Shown: positions 1 through 8,158 of the stretch, one piece after another | How the letters are laid out: the number at the start of each line of letters is the position of its first letter | Position numbering within the stretch: position 1 is the first letter of the stretch | Source of the DNA: an uncultured Gammaproteobacteria bacterium | GTDB taxonomy: Bacteria > Patescibacteriota > Patescibacteriia > UBA2196 > CAYSSY01 | Assembly: GCA_964434055.1 (NCBI GenBank) | Contig: CAYSSY010000001.1 | Coordinates: 5,094-69,093 of the forward strand | DNA: 64,000 bases | Reading direction: 5' to 3' | The notes under the pieces: model-generated | What the model saw: the letters and a program-made list of their open reading frames with translations, nothing else | Told to the model about the DNA's origin: nothing | The model's database searches: none | Translations under genes and position numbers: made by a program

Positions 1-783
1 GCAGAACTGGAGAGTCAAAAAATAAACCAGATGGTGGAATATAATTCTGGTTATACTCAAACATATTCAAACCAGGTTTATCCATACTCTAACCAATATA
101 CTCTCGGCCCGGTTTACTTTGGGGTGGCTTCTCGATATCACAGCTCCTTAGATGGTAATCCAACATCAAATGGGGAGATATATAACGAACGAAAGTTAAC
201 GGCCGCTCACCGCACATTACCTTTTAACACTTGGGTGCGAGTCACCAATATTTTTAACGGGCGGAGTGTCCTAGTCAGAATTAATGACAGAGGGCCTTTT
301 GTTAAAGGTCGAGACATTGACCTTTCAAAAGCCGCTATGTCTGAGATCGCTGACCTAAGGCAGGGTTTAGTTAGAGTTAAGATGGAGGTGATTAACATGC
401 CTCCACAGTACCAAAACTGGCCGACGCCGGGCTACTACCGGATTGTCAGCAGGTTTGGTGCTTCGCGTAGTGGGGGATTAAGAAGGCATAAGGGGATAGA
501 TATTGGCACACCAGACTATGTCCCAGTACGGTCAAGTGCGCTTGGCATTGTCGCGTGGGCAGGCCATCGTGGAAAATATGGCAACGTCGTTTATGTTCGC
601 CATCTTAACGGGTATGAAACCCGTTATGCCCACTTGAGTCGCATTCACGTGCGCTATGGCCAAATTGTAAACCAGTCTACTGTTCTTGGTTTAACTGGTC
701 AAACTGGGAATTCTACCAGCCCACACCTGCATTATGAGGTGCGCCGCTACGGCCGCGCCCTCAATCCAGTTACAATGAAGTAA
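1..783 (+). CDS. RlpA-like double-psi beta-barrel + M23 (LytM) peptidase fusion, peptidoglycan hydrolase. The reading frame is open to the window edge, so the gene is probably 5'-truncated.
   Basis: The translation has an RlpA/DPBB-like block (VRVTNIFNGRSVLVRINDRGPFV). It ends with an M23 core: GIDIGTP...GNVVYVRH...LTGQTGNSTSPHLHYEV (the HxH zinc motif). There is no stop upstream of the ATG at 31 in frame and no signal peptide after Met31. GC is about 45%, clearly above the local background. Confidence 0.7.
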   Translation, partial: AELESQKINQMVEYNSGYTQTYSNQVYPYSNQYTLGPVYFGVASRYHSSLDGNPTSNGEIYNERKLTAAHRTLPFNTWVRVTNIFNGRSVLVRINDRGPFVKGRDIDLSKAAMSEIADLRQGLVRVKMEVINMPPQYQNWPTPGYYRIVSRFGASRSGGLRRHKGIDIGTPDYVPVRSSALGIVAWAGHRGKYGNVVYVRHLNGYETRYAHLSRIHVRYGQIVNQSTVLGLTGQTGNSTSPHLHYEVRRYGRALNPVTMK

Positions 784-824
784 TTAATTCAAATAACTGT
801 TTTTCTTTAAAGAAGGAGTAAGCC

Positions 825-1430
825 ATGAAACGCAATCTGTTTTTCATCGCGATTTTGGTTCTGGTAATCGCCACTATTGTCTCTGCTCAGACCAAAATCG
901 AAGTCACCGACCCGCAGGGGTTGGTGGTTCCACAGCCGGCGTTCATCCAGTACCTTGCCTACCTGGCCGCTGACGATAGCGCCAGCCAGGCCAAGGCACG
1001 CATACTCGAAAATGTGATCGGCAAGGCACAGCTCGGGAAATTAATCACCACCTACTACACTGAGGTGGCAAAAAACCCGGGCAAGTTCGAGATTCGCGGC
1101 TCCAATGGATTCGGAGGGATCTTTGATCTCCTCTACAAAAAAAACCCGGACATCGTGAATTTGAATCAGACTCTTGCTCTGCTCCCTAACAATGTCATGG
1201 CCGGCGCCGCTGCTCGTGCCATCGACAAAAACGACGCCAACCTGCAAGTTCTCGAACATACCCGTTCGCCATGGGGCATGCCCGGCAGTACGGAAACGGT
1301 CTACAAAGGCAACTTCCAGGGCAACTATGGCGCTGGCGGGTATTCAACCGGCGGCCTGGATGCGCAGACCTTTGACGCCGCTTATCAAGCTTCGGCGGCA
1401 AGAGCGGCTGCCAAACGCCGCCTGCGCTAG
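825..1430 (+). CDS. Secreted hypothetical protein (Sec signal peptide, Ala/Gly-rich), GC-rich island gene
   Basis: AGGAG SD 8 nt upstream of the ATG. N-terminal signal peptide MKRNLFFIAILVLVIATIVSAQT. About 55% GC versus about 33% background. No recognisable domain. Confidence 0.5.
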   Translation: MKRNLFFIAILVLVIATIVSAQTKIEVTDPQGLVVPQPAFIQYLAYLAADDSASQAKARILENVIGKAQLGKLITTYYTEVAKNPGKFEIRGSNGFGGIFDLLYKKNPDIVNLNQTLALLPNNVMAGAAARAIDKNDANLQVLEHTRSPWGMPGSTETVYKGNFQGNYGAGGYSTGGLDAQTFDAAYQASAARAAAKRRLR

Positions 1431-1454
1431 GCAACACATTCGCAACATAAAAAA

Positions 1455-1497
1455 AGCGGATCGAACTCTTTAAGAGTGAGATCCGCTTCATTTTTTT
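1455..1497. terminator. Bidirectional rho-independent terminator (GCGGATC...GATCCGC stem, A-run and T-run)
   Basis: aaaaaGCGGATCgaactctttaagagtgaGATCCGCttcattttttt. Sits between convergent genes 825..1430(+) and 1507..1947(-). Confidence 0.6.
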
Positions 1498-1506
1498 ATA
1501 AGAACT

Positions 1507-1947
1507 TTAAGGATTAGTTCGAGTGGCATTTTCTAGAATCAAAAAGATAGTATAAGTCACTGAATAAGCGGCAAAAATTAACAGCAACCCGATGCCCGCA
1601 TTCTTAATGGTCTTTAAAGCGGTAGTAATTTGCTCTTCATTTCCCGCGGCAGTCATCCAGCGAACGCCAGCAATAACAATCAAGACTAAAAATATAATAC
1701 CCACTAAAGATAAAACAAAACGCACGCCCTGAGCGATCACTAATGGTAATGGTAAATTGGAAACCTGAAAACCCAAACGTCCCATAACTTCGCCAATCTT
1801 TGAAGTTATCTCGCCTCTCAAACTTGTATCAGGAGGCGGGGGAGGCGGCGTACTCTGAGCCAATGAAATCTGAGGCAACAAACAGAAACAAAAAATTATT
1901 AAAATAAAAACTTTTAAACTCAAAATGGCTTTGTTGTTATAATTCAT
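1507..1947 (-). CDS. T4SS-pilin-like (VirB2/TrbC-like) small secreted two-helix protein, paralog 1 of tandem array
   Basis: Sec signal peptide (ISLAQS cleavage region), a poly-Pro linker, then two hydrophobic helices flanking the conserved motif VRWMTAAGNEEQ. Shares its core with the next three ORFs. Confidence 0.55.
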   Translation of the reverse strand: MNYNNKAILSLKVFILIIFCFCLLPQISLAQSTPPPPPPDTSLRGEITSKIGEVMGRLGFQVSNLPLPLVIAQGVRFVLSLVGIIFLVLIVIAGVRWMTAAGNEEQITTALKTIKNAGIGLLLIFAAYSVTYTIFLILENATRTNP

Positions 1948-1952
1948 AAATT

Positions 1953-2393
1953 TTAAGGAGTTGGGGTTGTTACTGGCGTAGTCGCTTTAAAAAGGATGTC
2001 AATCACAAACCAGGTAATGATCCCTGATAAGAAGATAACTACCAAACCGCCAGCGGCATTTACAATAATCTTATGAGCTTTTTCAATATGTTGCTCATTA
2101 CCGCCAGCCGTCATCCAAATGACGCCACCATAAATAATCAAAACAAAAAATATTACTCCGAGCAATCCTAAAAGATAAAAAATAACATCGCCAATGACTT
2201 CAGCCAGCCTAATATCCTCTCCGGAAGCGGTGGAATAGCCAGCCTGACCAGCAGTTTGATTTAACATATCACCGGCCTGATCAACACTGGGCACAGGTTC
2301 CTCTGCTGTTTGTGCTAAGAGCTCGGGTATAAAAATACTTGAAGTAAAAATTATAATCAAAGCTAGAACTAAATAGGAAATTATATTTTTCAT
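1953..2393 (-). CDS. T4SS-pilin-like small secreted two-helix protein, paralog 2
   Basis: Signal peptide, variable N-terminal region, and the core GGVIWMTAGGNEQHIEKAHKIIVNAAGGLVVIF. Confidence 0.55.
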   Translation of the reverse strand: MKNIISYLVLALIIIFTSSIFIPELLAQTAEEPVPSVDQAGDMLNQTAGQAGYSTASGEDIRLAEVIGDVIFYLLGLLGVIFFVLIIYGGVIWMTAGGNEQHIEKAHKIIVNAAGGLVVIFLSGIITWFVIDILFKATTPVTTPTP

Positions 2394-2408
2394 ATTATAA
2401 CATTTAAT

Positions 2409-2846
2409 TTAAGTGGCGGGGGTAGAAATCTTGGAAAGATTAACTATTCGGTCTAAAACATAAGCGGTAATCACATAAGCTAAAACTATGATCACTAAAC
2501 CAATCGTTGCATTAATTACAATCTTTTTACCTTTGCCAACTTGTTCCTCGTTGCCCGCCGCCGTCATCCAGGTAAACCCACCAAAAATAATTAAAATAAA
2601 AAAAATTACACCCAGAAAACCTAAAACAACGCGGATCATGTTACCAATAAAAATCGCTAAACTTGGATCAGAACCCTTTTCAATTAAACCACCTTTTTCT
2701 GCAGTATTTTTTAAAGTATTAATCGGGTTAACTTGCTGAGCGGAAACGAATAATGGCTGGACTAAAAAAACAAAACAAACAGAAATGACCAAAGCTGATA
2801 AAAAGTATTTTTTAAAATAAGGCATAGGGACTTTGATAATTTTCAA
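2409..2846 (-). CDS. T4SS-pilin-like small secreted two-helix protein, paralog 3. The track start is TTG; an alternative ATG start is at 2825.
   Basis: Core GGFTWMTAAGNEEQVGKGKKIVINATIGLVIIV. The upstream region carries the AATTTTCAATT repeats. Confidence 0.5.
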   Translation of the reverse strand: MKIIKVPMPYFKKYFLSALVISVCFVFLVQPLFVSAQQVNPINTLKNTAEKGGLIEKGSDPSLAIFIGNMIRVVLGFLGVIFFILIIFGGFTWMTAAGNEEQVGKGKKIVINATIGLVIIVLAYVITAYVLDRIVNLSKISTPAT

Positions 2847-2935
2847 TTCTTAATTTTCAATTTTCATTGAATTTTCAATGAGTCAGTTTTTAAACACCTT
2901 CGTCATTGTAAATTGGAAATTAAAAATTGAAAATT
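2838..2935. promoter_or_regulatory. Cluster of 11-mer AATTTTCAATT repeats (3 direct copies, 1 perfect inverted copy, variants) upstream of pilin-like paralog 3
   Basis: aattttcaatt at 2838, 2852, about 2870. The inverted copy aattgaaaatt is at 2925-2935. A variant aattggaaatt is at 2911. Confidence 0.4.
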
Positions 2936-3004
2936 GTACTTAAAAGAGCCGATACCGGCTTTAGGTTTCCCGGTACCGGCCCCAAACAAATTTCAATTTA
3001 ATCT

Positions 3005-3379
3005 TTAGGTCGCAGATGTTAAAACTCTGAAGATGAAGACAGTAACTGCATAAGCGACGAAGATAATAATCAAACCAATAACGCCAGCACCAATTGTTTT
3101 TTTGGCTGAACCAATTGCTTCTTCGTTACCAGCAGCAGTCATCCAGCGAAAACCGCCAATTAAGATAATAACCAATGCCACTATACCCAAAATACCCAAA
3201 GCGACGTTAATAATTGCGGCCACAGTATCTCTAACATCTTTAGTACCTAGACCGGCATTTTGGCCGTAGCCAACGCCCCATTTTGAATCAACACCAGTTT
3301 GAGCAGAAACAACCACTGGCAAAACAAGCAAAGAAACTAAGAATAAACTTAATGCGTATTTCTTAATATTTTTAGTCAT
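3005..3379 (-). CDS. T4SS-pilin-like small secreted two-helix protein, paralog 4
   Basis: Signal peptide VSAQTG. Core GGFRWMTAAGNEEAIGSAKKTIGAGVIGLIIIF. Hairpins GCCGatacCGGC and CCGGTACCGG follow the stop. Confidence 0.55.
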   Translation of the reverse strand: MTKNIKKYALSLFLVSLLVLPVVVSAQTGVDSKWGVGYGQNAGLGTKDVRDTVAAIINVALGILGIVALVIILIGGFRWMTAAGNEEAIGSAKKTIGAGVIGLIIIFVAYAVTVFIFRVLTSAT

Positions 3380-3618
3380 AAATTTTATCTATACTTAAAT
3401 TTTATTATTCTGGCTGGGAAAATGAGGATATCAGGAAATATTAAATTATTTATGTGTCTTAGATAAATAATTACTAAAATAAAACGTTTAACGTGCGACC
3501 TTTTGTTTTATTATATAAGAATTATTAAAAAATGTCAAATTTTATCTGGATTAATTTTATTATAACAAAAAAGATAGAAAAATTATAGGAAACAGCAATA
3601 AAAAATAAAAGAATTAAC

Positions 3619-4119
3619 TTACTTCTGACACTCGATTTTTGACCACGGGGACTTAACGGCTTTGGCTAATCGATCGTTAAATTTAGTGGTACCAGCACTC
3701 CAGTCAGTGGTAAACATTCCAATAATCATGCCAATTAATTGCCAGGCGGCCAAAACAAAAATTATTCCGAGAAAAGTATGCAGAATTAATTTTTTATTCT
3801 TATTTATGCTTTCCGCATTCCCCCAATTCATTACTAATCCTACACCAGCCCAAATCAACATTACCATGGCGACACCACTGACACTCATTAAAATTAAACG
3901 AGCTGCCTGAAAAAAAATCGCTACAAAATCGCAGACATTACAATTGCCGTTGCAATAACAGTCATCGCTGACTTCGTGCATTAAATTCCAAATATTATCA
4001 TTTAGCGAAGGATCACAGGTTTGCTGCGCCCGAACCGGTAAAGCAAACATTAACAAGCTGCTGATTAAAATTCCGGCCAGCCCGAGAAAAAATATTTTTT
4101 TTGTAAAAAAATTAAACAT
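3619..4119 (-). CDS. Divergent Cys-rich member of the same two-helix pilin-like family
   Basis: N-terminal Cys cluster (CDPS...CYCNGNCNVCDF), then two helices flanking VMNWGNAESINKNKK. This mirrors the WMTAAGNEE architecture. The closest paralog is 36439..37347. Confidence 0.5.
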   Translation of the reverse strand: MFNFFTKKIFFLGLAGILISSLLMFALPVRAQQTCDPSLNDNIWNLMHEVSDDCYCNGNCNVCDFVAIFFQAARLILMSVSGVAMVMLIWAGVGLVMNWGNAESINKNKKLILHTFLGIIFVLAAWQLIGMIIGMFTTDWSAGTTKFNDRLAKAVKSPWSKIECQK

Positions 4120-4137
4120 AAAAATAATAAATATTCT

Positions 4138-5532
4138 CTACCTTAAAGTTTGAGTAACTTGTTGAGCAGTAAAATTAATAACCTCATTAGCTGGTTTTTG
4201 ATTAACAACGACATCCTTAATCATATTTTTAAAAGCATCTCTGGCATAACCGACATTCATGCCCTTATACCAACTCTTGGCAGTCAATGCCTGGTTAGCA
4301 AAAACAGTTATTTCTGGATCAGCAAACTGTTTTTCTAAAACGCTTCTTAAAGCGGCCGGTTTCTTAGCTAAACTCAGGTATCGTTCGGCATTCTGGGTTG
4401 AAGTTAAATAGGAAACAAAACCCCATGCTTCGTCTGGATATTTAGTTTTTTTAGAAACCGTCTGCAACCAGTAGCTGGCATAATTGGTTTCATAACCAGA
4501 GGTATCCATACCGTTTGAATTTATGTGCGGCACTTTCACTACTCCCCAGTTTAAACGTGAACCTTGGGCTTTAATAAAAGGAATTTGATAGGCATAACCA
4601 AGCATCATACCCAAATTGCCGCGGACAAAAGCTTCTTGAGCTTCGGGCATTGTTTCATTCCAGGTATAGGCCTCCCGTGAGGGCATAGCAAAATCTGAAT
4701 AAAAACGCACAGCCTCAGCTCCGGGATAATAACTACTGTTCTGCGCATAGCTAGTCGGCTGATTAAAAGTAACTGATCCATTTGCAGCATCAAACATTTG
4801 AGTGCCGTTTTGCAACATCAATAATGAAATAATGTCAAAAATATTATTAACATTATCGATGCCCCCAAAAGCTAAGCCTGACCGGATGATATTACCTTCA
4901 TTATCTTGAAGAGTAATTTTTTTTGATGCTTCCAAAACTTCAGCCCAAGTCTGTGGTGGGTTAAAAACTTTTGCCTGATCAAGCAGGTCGCGGTTATAAA
5001 AAAGGGCCAGGGTATCAACTGATAAAGGTAAACCTAAAATTTCTCCTTTATCATTAATAACATCGCCAGCCACTACATCAACAAAATCACGTTTTATAGT
5101 TTGTGGAGTATAAGTCGGAGTTTCCCGAAAAAAAGCTTTTTCTACCTGACCGGTTCTAGAATAACTTTCGGCATAAGGCAGTTTAATCTTAGCTGGTAAT
5201 GGTAAAATTTTATTGTTATATTTTTTAACCCAATTATTATGAATAGTAAAGATATCAGGGCCCTCATCGGCTGCCCAGCCTTCAAGCAAAGCTTGCTCGT
5301 ATTCCTCATAACGCAACAAGCGATAATTAATGGTTATGTTGGGGTGCGATTTTTTAAAATCAGCTAATATCGCCTGAAAATTTTCTTGACCTTCATATAC
5401 CTGCCACCAATTTAAAGTAATTGGGGTTTTTAAAGATTTAACTGCAGCCAGGTCACCACTTTTAGTACAGCTTAACCCGGTAGTAGAAAAAACGATTAGT
5501 ATTAAAAATAAAATATAAACCCTTTTTTTCAT
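4138..5532 (-). CDS. Extracellular solute-binding lipoprotein (ABC transporter family-1 substrate-binding protein, sugar-type), orphan
   Basis: Lipobox LSC after the signal peptide. Length 464 aa, with a composition typical of SBP_bac_1. No permease or ATPase gene is adjacent. Confidence 0.6.
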   Translation of the reverse strand: MKKRVYILFLILIVFSTTGLSCTKSGDLAAVKSLKTPITLNWWQVYEGQENFQAILADFKKSHPNITINYRLLRYEEYEQALLEGWAADEGPDIFTIHNNWVKKYNNKILPLPAKIKLPYAESYSRTGQVEKAFFRETPTYTPQTIKRDFVDVVAGDVINDKGEILGLPLSVDTLALFYNRDLLDQAKVFNPPQTWAEVLEASKKITLQDNEGNIIRSGLAFGGIDNVNNIFDIISLLMLQNGTQMFDAANGSVTFNQPTSYAQNSSYYPGAEAVRFYSDFAMPSREAYTWNETMPEAQEAFVRGNLGMMLGYAYQIPFIKAQGSRLNWGVVKVPHINSNGMDTSGYETNYASYWLQTVSKKTKYPDEAWGFVSYLTSTQNAERYLSLAKKPAALRSVLEKQFADPEITVFANQALTAKSWYKGMNVGYARDAFKNMIKDVVVNQKPANEVINFTAQQVTQTLR

Positions 5533-5536
5533 AAAT

Positions 5537-6430
5537 TTATTTAAAATTATGAGTCTTTATTGTCTCTTTCATATACTCCTTGAGCGGTTCACTCAATTCC
5601 TTATTCTTTAAGGCAAAACGAATAATTGTTTTTATATACTCCAATTTATTGCCGGTATCGCACCAAGTGGTGTTAGTCAACCGACAAGCGTAAACTGGCC
5701 TTTTTTTAGCTAACTGTTTGATAGCATCAACCAACCAAACCTCACCACCTCTACCAGCTTTTAATTTTTCCAAAATTGGAAAAATATCTGGTGTTAAAAC
5801 ATAACCTGATGGTGCGGTCAAAAAAGGTATTTTTACTTTATCAGCACCGGGTTTTTCCACAATTTCTTTTACAAGCCAAATATTTTTTTCCACTTCTTTA
5901 CCATAAATTATGCCGTAGTGATTGGCATCTTCTTTGCCCCGTGGCTCCATGCCAGTAATAATTGGACTCTGGTATTTCTCCCAGCATTTCATAAGTTGTT
6001 CGGCTCTCGACGGCTTGGCATCAAATAATTCATCTCCCCAGACAACAAAAAACGGCTCATTGCCAATAATATGTCGAGTATTGAGAATCGGCGTGCCGTT
6101 GCCATATAACCCCTTCTGACGAATATAAATAAAATTAGCTAATTCAGCTATCCGCCTTATCTCTTTTAGTTGTTCAATTTTCCCAGCTTCTTCCAATCTT
6201 TTTTCAAGCTCAAAAGGATAATCAAAATGATCTTCAATAATACGCTTATGCCAACCAGTTACTAAAACAATGTCCTTGATACCAGCTTCAACTGCTTCCT
6301 CAACAATAAACTGAATGGTTGGTTTATCGACGACCGGTAACATTTCTTTAGGCATCGCCTTTGTCGCTGGCAAAAATCTAGTTCCAAAACCAGCCACAGG
6401 AATAACGGCCTTTTTTATTTTTTGGACCAT
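5537..6430 (-). CDS. galU: UTP--glucose-1-phosphate uridylyltransferase
   Basis: N-terminus KAVIPVAGFGTRFLPATKAMPKEMLPVVDKP, which is the GalU signature. Confidence 0.85.
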   Translation of the reverse strand: MVQKIKKAVIPVAGFGTRFLPATKAMPKEMLPVVDKPTIQFIVEEAVEAGIKDIVLVTGWHKRIIEDHFDYPFELEKRLEEAGKIEQLKEIRRIAELANFIYIRQKGLYGNGTPILNTRHIIGNEPFFVVWGDELFDAKPSRAEQLMKCWEKYQSPIITGMEPRGKEDANHYGIIYGKEVEKNIWLVKEIVEKPGADKVKIPFLTAPSGYVLTPDIFPILEKLKAGRGGEVWLVDAIKQLAKKRPVYACRLTNTTWCDTGNKLEYIKTIIRFALKNKELSEPLKEYMKETIKTHNFK

Positions 6431-6507
6431 AGGGTTTAAAAAAGTTATGCTAGCTGAGGAAAATTTACTATAGTCAGTATATCATTTTTACTAATTCGAA
6501 GAAAATA

Positions 6508-6903
6508 TCATTTCTTGAGAAGATCTCTAATCTCGGTTAAAAGTTTTTCCTGAAGTGAGGGTTCAGGTGTCGCTGGTTGTGTTTGTTCTTTTTTCTTTAA
6601 AGAATTGAGTACTTTAATAGCTAAAAAAATAACTGCCGCAATAATCACAAAATCAACGGCTGCTTGAATAAACGAACCATAATTTAAAGTAACTGCTGCC
6701 TGGTTGTTGGTGGCACTCTTTAAAATTATCTTAAGCTCAGTAAAATTAATGCCGCCCAGAAGAACCCCAAAAGGAGGCATTAAAACGTCGGCAACAAAGG
6801 AAGACACGATCTTGCCAAAAGCCCCACCAATAATCACGCCGACTGCTAAATCAATGACACTTCCGCGCATGGCAAAATGTTTAAATTCTTCAAAAATTTT
6901 CAT
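6508..6903 (-). CDS. mscL: Large-conductance mechanosensitive channel
   Basis: FKHFAMRGSVIDLAVGVIIGGAFGKIVSSFVADVLMPPFG, the classic MscL N-terminus. Length 131 aa. Confidence 0.9.
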   Translation of the reverse strand: MKIFEEFKHFAMRGSVIDLAVGVIIGGAFGKIVSSFVADVLMPPFGVLLGGINFTELKIILKSATNNQAAVTLNYGSFIQAAVDFVIIAAVIFLAIKVLNSLKKKEQTQPATPEPSLQEKLLTEIRDLLKK

Positions 6904-6934
6904 AACTTCTCTTATTAATAATCAATTCTTAAAA

Positions 6935-7492
6935 TTAACGTACAGCTTTTAATTCCATATACCAACCTTGGGGTTTTTGGCACAACGGACATTTCCCTGG
7001 AGCACTTGTGCCTTTGTGGACATAACCGCAATTCAAACACTTCCATTCGGTTTCTGTCTCGCTTTTAAAAAGTTTGCCCTGCTCTAAACGATCAGCCAAA
7101 ATTGTATAGCGTTCGGCGTGTTTCTCTTCGACTTCAGATATTTCCTGAAACAAATGGGCAATTTCCGTTTCTCCTTCATCCTCAGCAACTTTTTTAAAAT
7201 CGGGGTACATTGTACCAAATTCATATTCCTCACCTTCAGCTGCATGTCTTAAATTTTCCAAAGTGGTGCCTAAGGGATGAATATCATAGGTATTGGTCAT
7301 CTCTGTCTTCTCTGTTAATTTTTCCAACTCTTCTTGAGCATGCGCCCGTTCATTATCAGCGGTTTCCAAAAAAACTTGAGCAACCCACATCAACCCTTCT
7401 TTTTGAGCAATCTCAGCAAAATAAGTATATTTGTTGCGAGCCATTGACTCTCCGGCAATAGCTTTTAATAAATTGGCTTGTGTTTGTTTCAT
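6935..7492 (-). CDS. Rubrerythrin (ferritin-like diiron domain + C-terminal rubredoxin-like CxxC...CxxC)
   Basis: C-terminus CLNCGYVHKGTSAPGKCPLCQ. The N-terminal region carries ExxH-type diiron motifs. Confidence 0.8.
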   Translation of the reverse strand: MKQTQANLLKAIAGESMARNKYTYFAEIAQKEGLMWVAQVFLETADNERAHAQEELEKLTEKTEMTNTYDIHPLGTTLENLRHAAEGEEYEFGTMYPDFKKVAEDEGETEIAHLFQEISEVEEKHAERYTILADRLEQGKLFKSETETEWKCLNCGYVHKGTSAPGKCPLCQKPQGWYMELKAVR

Positions 7493-7643
7493 ATTAATGT
7501 CCTTATTAATATTTAACCTAAATGGTTAAATAAATGACTGATTAATGCTTTCTATACTATAAATAATATACTATTTAAATAATAAAGAAAATATTGTTAT
7601 ATTTTAAATTTCAACTTTTATTCTTGTTTGGTGGCTTAAGATA

Positions 7644-8021
7644 TTAAAAATAATTTAATCCTTGGGGTGATTCATGACTAGTTACTATCTTTTGATATTC
7701 TGGCTCATAAATTTCCGTAATTTGATATTTGCCGGAAGTTGTTTGATTTTCTCGACTATCACCTTGTATGGTTTGCTCGAGTATAATAATTTTACCCCAA
7801 TAAAGCCACTTATCTTGAATGTTCTGCACTAAAAAACAGCGGTTAGGTGCCGGATGGTAAAGCCGGGCACCTTTTTTATTATGAAATTCAAAGACTTTAC
7901 CCTGAACAACTTCTAATTTAATTCGATTAAGTTGGTGTTTATTAACATCTAAAATATCGGCGGGAAAGCCCTGTTCAGCTGTAATTCTTAAAGTATCATT
8001 TAATTCCACGAAACTACCCAT
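7644..8021 (-). CDS. Hypothetical protein
   Basis: 125-aa ORF with an ATG start and no recognised motif. Confidence 0.35.
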   Translation of the reverse strand: MGSFVELNDTLRITAEQGFPADILDVNKHQLNRIKLEVVQGKVFEFHNKKGARLYHPAPNRCFLVQNIQDKWLYWGKIIILEQTIQGDSRENQTTSGKYQITEIYEPEYQKIVTSHESPQGLNYF

Positions 8022-8054
8022 ATAAAATAAGTTTATTATTTATCAAAATAAATT

Positions 8055-8139
8055 CGGAGAGGCAGGGATTTGAACCCTGGAGGGCTTGCGCCCAAACGGT
8101 GTTCGAGACCGTCGCCTTAAACCGCTCGGCCACCTCTCC
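8055..8139 (-). tRNA. tRNA-Ser (anticodon CGA), long variable arm
   Basis: The reverse complement folds as a cloverleaf: acceptor GGAGAGG/CCTCTCC, anticodon loop CTCGAAC, T-loop TTCAAAT. The track ORF 8014..8217 overlaps it and is spurious. Confidence 0.85.
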
Positions 8140-8158
8140 ATAAACAAAACTCAAAAAA

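Noticed and set aside
207-1491. Track ORFs 207..398(-), 1041..1259(-), 1174..1473(+), 1195..1491(-) overlapping the RlpA-M23 and secreted-protein genes
   Set aside because: They lie in the GC-rich island, where long spurious frames are expected. They have no SD, no motifs, and overlap better-supported genes.
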